32,000 nt of DNA, from positions 4,140,001 through 4,172,000 of the forward strand of contig NC_009664.2 in the NCBI RefSeq assembly GCF_000017305.1, given 5' to 3'. Source of the stretch: Kineococcus radiotolerans SRS30216 = ATCC BAA-149. GTDB lineage: Bacteria > Actinomycetota > Actinomycetes > Actinomycetales > Kineococcaceae. Under the pieces are notes generated by a model, which did not search any database, was not told the DNA's origin, and saw only the letters and a list, made by a program, of their open reading frames with translations. Numbering within the stretch: position 1 is the stretch's first letter; every line of letters begins with the position of its first letter. This document shows positions 25,091 to 32,000 of this stretch, one piece after another. The translations under genes and the position numbers were made by a program.

Positions 25091-25915
25091 GTGCGCCGCC
25101 GACGTCTGCTCCTCCTGCTGCTCCCGGTCGTCGTCGTCGGTGCAGGCGTGCGTCTCTGCTCGACGACGTCCCCGGAGGGCATCGCCCAGTCCGCTGCGGA
25201 ACGGGACGCCGACAGCACGGCCGCGGCCTTGGCTCTGTACCTCGACGACGCACAGGATGACGCACCGACCGTGGACGACGCCGTGGCCAGCGCGTTCGAG
25301 CGCGCCCGCTACCGGATGCCGGACGAGCCGGTCGACCTGCTCCGCGCCGACGGGGACCACCGGCGGGTCGAGGGCAGTGACGCGGTCGTCGAGGTCCGCG
25401 TCACCGGCCACGTCGACGCCCACCTGAACTCCGTGCGCCTGTTCGAGAGGACCCATCCCGCCGCCACCGTGGTGCACTGCTACCGCATCGGCCTGGCGGC
25501 CTGGTCGCACGAGGAAACGACCGCGAAGCGCATCCACCGCCTGCACGGCTGCCCCCAGCGGCCGGCGATCGCGGTCCCCGGGGCGCGAGCAGGCGCCGAC
25601 CTGAACGAGGAGAACGAGGTCCTGCTGCGGACGGTCCTCCTCGACATCGACGGGACCAGCACCCGCGAGGACGTGCTCGCCCGGCTCGGCCCCGTGACCC
25701 GGGAGGGACTGCGCGTGGACGCCACCACCGGCGACGGCGCGGTGGGTGTCGCGCTGGCTACGACCCACCGCCGCGACGCGTGCCTCCTCGGCCGCCGGGC
25801 AGTCGACGGCACGGTGGAGGTGTGGTGGCCCGCCGGTGTCCTCCTCGCGCCCGGCGAAGCGGGGTGCACGGCGAGCACAGCCGCGCACGGGGGCGCGCAG
25901 GGCTCGCCCCACTAG
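25091..25915 (+). CDS. hypothetical secreted/membrane-anchored protein (about 274 aa)
   Basis: GTG 25091 gives the signal-like VRRRRLLLLLLPVVVVGAGVRLCSTT. The remainder is non-repetitive, with no motif I recognise. Confidence 0.5.
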   Translation: MRRRRLLLLLLPVVVVGAGVRLCSTTSPEGIAQSAAERDADSTAAALALYLDDAQDDAPTVDDAVASAFERARYRMPDEPVDLLRADGDHRRVEGSDAVVEVRVTGHVDAHLNSVRLFERTHPAATVVHCYRIGLAAWSHEETTAKRIHRLHGCPQRPAIAVPGARAGADLNEENEVLLRTVLLDIDGTSTREDVLARLGPVTREGLRVDATTGDGAVGVALATTHRRDACLLGRRAVDGTVEVWWPAGVLLAPGEAGCTASTAAHGGAQGSPH

Positions 25916-26096
25916 ACCGGACACGGGGCTCAGTCAGCTTCGGCCACGAGCGGAGGTCGCTGCTGACGACGGCTCGCTGGCCTCCAGTGGCTTGAACTCA
26001 CGCATCGGCCGCGTCCAGGACTGGTGTTCCCGCTGCTCGTACGATCGGGACAGGCCCTGAGCGGGGCGGACGTGCCCAGCCCCTGGAGGTCTTGGA

Positions 26097-27775
26097 ATGA
26101 AGCGCGCCGGGTCGGGTCCCCGGGCAGGGGCTGCTCTGCGTGGCCCGGTGCGGGCCGCCGCTGCCGCTCTCACCGCGGTGCTGGTGACCGCCGGCTGCAC
26201 CGGGGGCGGTGGAGGCGTACTGCCGTCCACCCCGACCTCCACCGGCACCGGCACCGGGGCCACCTCTGCCGAGACGACCTCGTCCGGGGCAGGGGAACCG
26301 GCCGTCGTGCGGGCCGCCCCGCTCGACGGCGGCGTCCTGCAGCTCGGGCTGCACCCCCTGGTCCGCGTCGGCGGGCCGGCGGCGGTCGGTGACCTGGTGG
26401 TGCTGACCCTCGACCTCACGGTGGAGGAGGCACCGGACGACGGGGAGATCTCCCTGGGCGACCTGTTCCGCGACCCGGTGGGTGACCGCACACCCATGGG
26501 CGGCGTGCGGCTGCTGGACCTGCGGGCGGACGTGGCGCACTCCGTCGCCCTCGACACCGCGGGCGACGGGGTGCTGACCGAGGGGTACTCGGGCCTGGGG
26601 GGTGTCCGGCCGGGCGAGACGGTGCGCCTGCAGGCCGCCTACGCGGCTCCTCCGGCGGGAACCCCGGACGTCGCGGTGCTGCTGCCCGGCACCGGGCTCG
26701 TCGAGGCACTGGCGGTCGTCGACGGCGAGCTGCCGGGACCGACGCCCGACCTCACCCCAGACGCCTCCACGGGCACGGGTACGGGCACGGCGGAGGACGG
26801 TCCCGCACCGCTCGACCCGGACGGGGCGGCGACGGCGGCGGTGCGTCCGCTGGAGGTCTACGCCGAGGACCTGCAGGGCACCGTCCGCACCGAGACCAGC
26901 GATGCGGGAGCGCGGGTGGCGCTCGCCGCGGACGTGCTCTTCGCCCTCGACTCGGCCGAGCTGAGCCCCGAAGCCAGGGCGGTCCTGGAGACGGCCGCCA
27001 CCGACGTGCTCACCCGCCGGCCGGGTCCGGTGGCCGTGGTGGGGCACACCGACGACCAGGGCGCCGACGACTACAACCTCGACCTGTCCCGGCGCCGGGC
27101 GCAGGCGGTCGCCGACGTGCTCGGACCCCTGCTCGGGGCCGACTACCCGCTCCAGGTGGACGGTCGCGGCGAGGCCGAACCGGCGGTCCCGGGGCCCTCG
27201 ACGGAGGCCCGCGCCCGCAACCGCCGTGTGGAGCTGGTCGTCAGCACGCCGTCGACGGGGGCCGCGCTGGGGCGGCGCACCGGTGAGGTGCTGCCCGCCC
27301 GGCGGCCATCGCGACCGGTCCGGAGGGGCTGGTCGTCGAGTCGCAGACCGGCTGGCCGTTCCGCGTGCGCACCGCGGCGGCTCGCCGGGTGCAGGGGAAC
27401 GTCGTGGTGGACTTGGAGATCACCGCGTTGCCGGCGACGGCCGGCGCGGCGGGCCTGCCGCCGGCCCCGAACCTCTTCAGCACCTTCCGCGACCCCCGCG
27501 ACTTCGCGGTGACCGACGGCTCGAACACCATCCGCGGGGCGGTGCTGCTGCAGGGCAGCACGGCGGTCTTCCCGCTCTTCGCGGCCGTCGGCGATGCGCC
27601 CTCACCCCGGCTGTGCGCGTGCGCGCTGAACGTGCGGGCGCTGGCCGAGGGGCAGGTGCTCACCGCGAGCGCCATCTACCCGGACCTGGACGCCGACGAG
27701 GTGGTGCTGCAGAACACCCCGGTGACGAGCGCAGACGTCGCCGCCCGGCTGACCGGAATCCCCGTGACCGGCTGA
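26097..27775 (+). pseudogene. OmpA-family lipoprotein with an apparent 1-nt frame switch near 27297-27301 (or an assembly indel)
   Basis: The signal and lipobox are MKRAGSGPRAGAALRGPVRAAAAALTAVLVTAGC. The OmpA_C-like region is VVGHTDDQGADDYNLDLSRRRAQAVADVL...GRGEAEPAVPG...ARARNRRVELVV. After EVLPA the ORF-track frame turns Arg/Pro-rich. A frame with very high third-position GC continues as PAAIATGPEGLVVESQTGWPFRV... to 27775. Confidence 0.6.
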
Positions 27776-28413
27776 TCCTCGAATCCACGGCCGCTGCGAG
27801 GTCGGTCGTGTTCTCGCCGCACGTGCTGACGGACCAGCTGACGGGTGGCGAGGAAGCGGAGGGACAGGCAGATCACCGTCGCTCGCCGGCTGACCGTGGT
27901 GGAGGGCAGCGCCGGCAGCGCGAGCGGTGGCGGGACGTCGGGTGCGCAGGTGCTGGGCGTGCAGGTCGAGGGCGGGGCGACCACCAGCCTGGGCCCCGCG
28001 CCGAATCGCAGACGTCTTCACCGACGTCGGTGGGCCAGAGGGGCCTGGCCGGCACTGGACGGGAGGAGGACGCCGTGGCACTGATGGCTCGGGGCGGGAG
28101 GATCGCCGGAGACGAGGTGAGCGCGACCCACGCGATCTGCCCCAACACCGAGGTACGACCGTAGTGAACCTACCGGGTGCCGGCCGATCAGGACGCGGGC
28201 GTGGTCATCGACGGGGGACCAGGAGGCCGGATCCATCTCGCCGTGGCCGCCGAAGCCCACGAGGCCCACCGTTCCACGGACAGTGGCCCGACCGGGTCAC
28301 CCACACGGCGTGAGCGTCGACCGCGTCCACCGGTGCCGCTCGGCAGGGCTGCGTCGTGCGGAGGAGGGCGACGGAGCGCTGCGTGCACTCGTGCGCTTCG
28401 AGGTGCCGGAGAG

Positions 28414-28809
28414 CTACGGCCAGACGCCACCGACGGCGCGCAGGTGCAGGGCGACGTCCTCGGCGCGCCGGTGCGTCGCGGCGACCTCCTCCAGCCACGG
28501 CGTCCACGCCCCGGGGCCGTCCAGGGCCTTGCCGTTGGTCTCCACCGGCAAGGCGGGCAGGTGCGGACCCAGCTGCTGCAGGTCGTCGGCGTCCCAGCCC
28601 TCGGCGAGCAGGGCCTGCACGATCTGCCGGTAGCGGCCGAAGTGCCCACCGTCGTGACCCTGGGAGGACAGCAGGTCCTCCAGCTGAGCGGACAGGTCGG
28701 CCAGCGTGCGCAGCTGCTCGGTGCGCTGCCGCGCGGTGTAGCGCTGGTAGGTCACCGCTGCAGGGTAGTCAGGGCCGGGGGGACTCCACCGCGGCAACCC
28801 GGTCCTCAC
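28414..28809 (-). CDS. hypothetical protein (131 aa)
   Basis: GTG 28809 has GAAGGG 4 nt upstream and lies 16 nt after the upstream stop. The protein reads VTYQRYTARQRTEQLRTLADLSAQLEDLLSSQGHDGGHFGRYRQIVQALLAEGWDADDLQQLGP.... Confidence 0.55.
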   Translation of the reverse strand: MRTGLPRWSPPGPDYPAAVTYQRYTARQRTEQLRTLADLSAQLEDLLSSQGHDGGHFGRYRQIVQALLAEGWDADDLQQLGPHLPALPVETNGKALDGPGAWTPWLEEVAATHRRAEDVALHLRAVGGVWP

Positions 28810-28825
28810 TGACCCTTCGCCGTCC

Positions 28826-29362
28826 TCACCGCCGCAACTGCTGCACCTGGGCCACGGTGAACGGGGAGGTCCAGCCGGCGACTCCGGCTCGAACCGTCGC
28901 GGAGTCGTCCCCGTGGTCGGGCTGGCCGGGGCCGATGCCGGGTACCGCGCCGGTGACGAAGAACGCCCCGGTGGCGAGCACGGTCGAGGACGTGTCCGTG
29001 TGGCAGTGCAGCTGCAGACGCACCGCGCTCTCGGCCTCGGCCACGCCGTTCCCGTGCGCCTCTCCCGGATCGACCTCGTCGACTTCGAAGCCGAGGATCG
29101 TCCACGCGGTGAAGCCCGGTGACCTCCGCTCGGCCTCCCACGTCGGGGACGTGACTCCGCGCGCGAGCAGGACGGCGGTGTCGGCGAGGCCGAAGGAGGG
29201 GCAGGTGCGCAGGTCGATGAGCGCGGCCACCTGGTTGCCCAGCGCGTCGAGGTGGACGCTGACGAGGGAGGACTCCACCAGCAGGTCCGGGTCGGTGAAG
29301 ACGTTGTCGCCGGCCGGCGGCGTCACGGCCAGGACCATCCACAACAGGTCCTCGAGGATCAC
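28826..29362 (-). CDS. hypothetical protein (about 178 aa)
   Basis: The protein-like part starts at VILEDLLWMVLAVTPPAGDNVFTDPDLLVESSLVSVHLDALGNQVAALIDLRTCPSFG.... The ORF-track N-terminus (to 29749) is antisense to the 29564 gene and is rejected. The start is GTG 29362 or ATG 29338. Confidence 0.55.
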   Translation of the reverse strand: MILEDLLWMVLAVTPPAGDNVFTDPDLLVESSLVSVHLDALGNQVAALIDLRTCPSFGLADTAVLLARGVTSPTWEAERRSPGFTAWTILGFEVDEVDPGEAHGNGVAEAESAVRLQLHCHTDTSSTVLATGAFFVTGAVPGIGPGQPDHGDDSATVRAGVAGWTSPFTVAQVQQLRR

Positions 29363-29563
29363 GGTCCCGACGCTACCTCCGCAGCCGCGCCACCAACGGC
29401 TCACGCCGGGATGAGTACCGACCACCCCCGGCGTGCAGGGCGGTGCGGCTGCACCGGTCAGGTGCAACCGTCCGGGTGGAATGAGCACGTCCGCCGCGGC
29501 AGAACGCCGGTCGAGGCGTGCGCGGACCGCGTCCCGGCCCCGGGGAGTCGGCAGGATTGATGC

Positions 29564-30619
29564 GTGCAGATCCTCGTCGACCGTGACAGCGTCGCCATGG
29601 GCGACGACGTCGAGGGCCACCAGCGCATCGTGGAGGTTCCCGACGACGCCACCGTCGAGGAGCTGCTGCGCACGGTGACCCCAGACGTCTCCGTGAACGG
29701 TGGATCGACCTGGATCTGCTGCTGGAACGACGTCCCCTTCGCCGTGCACGCCTCAGCGTGGGGGGAGGGCAGGGTGTGGGACCAGCGCTACCGCACCCTC
29801 GCCGACCTCCCCACCGACATACCGGCCGGTGAGGGTGCTGACGTGCGCACCCCGCGCCTGGTGTTCCGGTACTGGCTGCAGATGGACCCCGACTGGCTGC
29901 TGGCGCAACTGCACGGCGGGCACCCGCTGGACCGGCAGGCGCTACGGACGCGGTGGGACGCGATCGCCGAGGAGCGCGCCGTGGCGGCGATGCGCGCCCA
30001 CGAACCCTTCGTCCGCACGCCCCTGCTGGATCGGGCCACCGTCCAGGTCCTCACCGCCCTGGGCGCCCGCATCGACGTGCACACCGAGGACGTGTGCCGC
30101 CTCTTCGTCGGGCCGCAGGTGTGGACGGTCCAGCGTTCGCACCCGGTGACCTGGATCCTCACACCCGGCGGTGTGCGCGGCGAGCTGCACGTGCGCGAGC
30201 TGCTGCCGCAGTGGCTCACCGCCCTGATCGGCTCGACCCTGGTGGGCACCTGCGCGCTGCCCGACCCCGTCACCGGGACCGAGGTGGAGCACCGCTACGG
30301 GCGGGTGGGGGTGTGGCGCGCGACGGGCGAGGAGCCCGGGCGCCAGGAGCTGGCCGAGTTCGGCGCGGACCGCGAGGCCGACGTGGCGCTGTTCCAGCGG
30401 ACGGTGGGTCGCACGGTGAAGGAGGTCGCGGCCGCCTACGGCATCGGGCCGCGCCCCGCCCTGACGCTGGAGCTGCTCGTGGCACGCGAGGCCGAGGCGG
30501 TGGCGCGGGCGGAGACGCAGACACGAACCGCCGGCGGGCGCCAGGGGCCGTCGCGTCCACTCAGCTGGTGGACACGGACACGGACACGGGCACGGGCACG
30601 GGCCCGCGGCCGACGCTGA
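29564..30619 (+). CDS. hypothetical protein (351 aa) with a possible beta-grasp-like N-terminus
   Basis: The GTG has AGGA about 8 nt upstream. The protein reads MQILVDRDSVAMGDDVEGHQRIVEVPDDATVEELLRTV.... The body is non-repetitive. The C-terminal TRTRTRARARAR is encoded by a hexanucleotide repeat. Confidence 0.6.
   Translation: MQILVDRDSVAMGDDVEGHQRIVEVPDDATVEELLRTVTPDVSVNGGSTWICCWNDVPFAVHASAWGEGRVWDQRYRTLADLPTDIPAGEGADVRTPRLVFRYWLQMDPDWLLAQLHGGHPLDRQALRTRWDAIAEERAVAAMRAHEPFVRTPLLDRATVQVLTALGARIDVHTEDVCRLFVGPQVWTVQRSHPVTWILTPGGVRGELHVRELLPQWLTALIGSTLVGTCALPDPVTGTEVEHRYGRVGVWRATGEEPGRQELAEFGADREADVALFQRTVGRTVKEVAAAYGIGPRPALTLELLVAREAEAVARAETQTRTAGGRQGPSRPLSWWTRTRTRARARARGRR
30571..30606. repeat. 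hexanucleotide tandem repeat (GACACG)3(GGCACG)2(GGCCCG)
   Basis: Read directly at the 3' end of the 29564..30619 CDS. Confidence 0.85.
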
Positions 30620-30901
30620 CAGCGCGCCGCTGGTGCTGCCGGTCGGGTACGGGGGTACAGCCCCGGCTGATCCTGCGCTCGGCGCTCGGCACCTCCACGT
30701 CCTGGGGCTCTCCGAACCCACAGGTGGGTAGCCCACCCTGACCCGCGTCGCCGCCTCCACCAAGGCCGGGTGCGCCGCCCCTCCAGGCGCGCTCCTGGAC
30801 GCCAGCCGCCCCGACGAGGGCTCCACGCCGGGACGACGCACCAGCGAGCGCACCGCGGCGACGGCTCCAGCACCTGGTAGCCATCGCTCGCTGTCCTAGG
30901 G

Positions 30902-30919
30902 ACCGGTGGGCTCACCGGT
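30902..30919. terminator. hairpin between convergent genes
   Basis: ACCGGTG-ggct-CACCGGT is a perfect 7-bp stem, 13 nt beyond the stop of the minus-strand gene ending at 30932. Confidence 0.4.
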
Positions 30920-30931
30920 GTGGGCGCGGCG

Positions 30932-31354
30932 TCAGGCGCTCGTGTTCCCCAGCGCTGCAGCCACTCCGCCCACGCGCAGTTCAGCGTCGAGGGCGCCCTC
31001 GTTGAAGCGCTCGTTGCGCAGCAGACCCACGAGGTAGCGCACCGCGTCGGCTACCGGCGCCCGCCGCAGTGAGTCCGCATCGGTGTGCGTGCTGCGCCCG
31101 TGCCAGTGCACCCAGTCGTAGGGCAGCAGCACCCCCGAGCGGTCGAGCTGGGTGCGCAGCAGTTCGACCCCGGGGCTGTACTGGATGTAGGGGAAGTGGT
31201 GCACGCCCGGCCGGGTCTCGTGCCCGCCCTTCCACTCGTTGCCGGCGGTGGAGGCCGGCAGCACCGCCAGAGAATCCTCGATCTCGCGCCACAGTTGCTC
31301 GGGCACCGCGACCAGCGCCGCCTCGTAGCCCGCATCGCTGGGCTGCTGCACCAC
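30932..31354 (-). CDS. hypothetical protein with C-terminal LLRNERFNEGAL motif (DUF6508-like, from memory)
   Basis: The protein-like part reads VVQQPSDAGYEAALVAVPEQLWREIEDSLAV...FPYIQYSPGVELL...YDWVHWHG...VRYLVGLLRNERFNEGALDAELRVGG. The start is uncertain (GTG 31354, or further upstream to 31468). Confidence 0.5.
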   Translation of the reverse strand: MVQQPSDAGYEAALVAVPEQLWREIEDSLAVLPASTAGNEWKGGHETRPGVHHFPYIQYSPGVELLRTQLDRSGVLLPYDWVHWHGRSTHTDADSLRRAPVADAVRYLVGLLRNERFNEGALDAELRVGGVAAALGNTSA

Positions 31355-31615
31355 CCCAGCGTAGGAGCGGAACTGACACGACGGACCGGTGACGGTGCGC
31401 TGCTCGGGTGATCCCCGCCGCCGTGGCCACCCGGACGGCCCAGCAGCGCCTCGACGCACCCACCGCACCTGCCGTCATGGCCCGCTCCAGCACCGACCCC
31501 GCCGTGCTGCCGGCCGTCGCGCTGGCCGCGGCCACGTTGGCCGGCACCGCGGTCGTCGACGTCACGGTCCTGTCGAAGTTCGGATGATCACAGGCCAGCC
31601 TTCTAAGCTGCTGGT

Positions 31616-31883
31616 GTGCCCGTCGTGATCGAGGTCGTGGTCGACTTCAACGCCGCGCCCGCGGTGGTCTCCGACGTGGAGCTTGACATCGACGAGCACA
31701 TCAACTTCCTTCAGGGCAGCAGCGAGCGAGGCCAGCACCGCCAGCGACCGACACCACCCGCAGCTCAGCGACGAGGCCACTTTCCGCGGCCGCTGCTGCG
31801 AGCTGGTCCAGCAGATGATCAGCCGCACCACCTCGCACCAGCGACCGCGCCGCCTCGTCGATGCGGAGGCAGCGAGACGCTAG
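31616..31883 (+). CDS. hypothetical small protein with an apparent frame switch near 31725
   Basis: VPVVIEVVVDFNAAPAVVSDVELDIDEHINFLQGSSE has high third-position GC up to about 31726. After that the +1 frame carries the coding signal (EASTASDRHHPQLSDEATFRGRCCELVQQMISR..., stop at 31883). Confidence 0.3.
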
Positions 31884-32000
31884 GCAGGCCCGGGTCCTTC
31901 CATGTCCGCGGGTTCGCCCAACAAGCGGTGGACCGATGAACCGGTACACCACGAGCAAGCTGCCAGGCGGGCGAGTGGACGCCAAGCGTTTGACGAGCGC

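Noticed and set aside
27779-27786. TCGAATCC resembling a tRNA T-loop
   Set aside because: There is no GGTTCGAATCC context and no acceptor or anticodon stems around it.
27776-28413. Several ORFs: 27845..28084+, 27873..28148-, 28018..28269- and the tail of 27226..28164+
   Set aside because: None has a convincing composition or start signal. 28018..28269- has good codon bias only for its first ~35 codons. The region is left unannotated as possibly decayed sequence.
29321-29372. CGTCACGGCCAGG and GATCACGGTCCCGACG as further junction boxes
   Set aside because: Both lie within or at the start of the 28826..29362 coding region, and the shared part is only about 7 nt. This is compatible with chance in GC-rich DNA.
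31936-32000. Possible CDS start ATG AAC CGG TAC ACC... (MNRYTTSKLPGGRVDAKRLTS) running off the right edge
   Set aside because: Only 21 codons are visible, and an overlapping minus-strand ORF (31701..31985) cannot be excluded. There is too little sequence to support a call.

Overview
High-GC, actinobacterial-type DNA in two contrasting halves. Positions 1-15.2 kb are tightly packed with apparently intact regulator, detoxification and redox genes. These include WYL, ECF sigma, two MarR and AraC regulators; VOC, Ogt, epimerase, NmrA, quinone reductase and epoxide hydrolase enzymes; an MFS pump; a CbbX-like AAA+ ATPase; and a secreted beta-helix protein with a lipoprotein partner. From about 15.7 kb to the window end the sequence looks like a decaying, horizontally acquired island. 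It starts at a truncated and frameshifted ECF sigma gene. Hand counts of a few 60-nt lines give about 60-67% G+C against about 75% on the left. It holds two different IS3-family elements and several apparent 1-nt frame switches, and it is full of small ORFs with no recognisable enzymatic function. The most interesting structure is at 17.7-24.8 kb. Nine same-orientation copies of a conserved junction sequence (core GGTCATCCCGC, with conserved flanks and a second ACGTCRCGGTCAT box) separate eight short gene cassettes of about 270-1200 bp. The ORFs in these cassettes point either way. One cassette encodes an Imm53-like polymorphic-toxin immunity protein. No toxin, secretion gene or site-specific recombinase is visible. 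I interpret this as a candidate integron-like, or acquired-interbacterial-defence-like, array of orphan immunity cassettes with a junction site unrelated to attC or dif. This is inference from sequence reading only; nothing was searched or computed by software.
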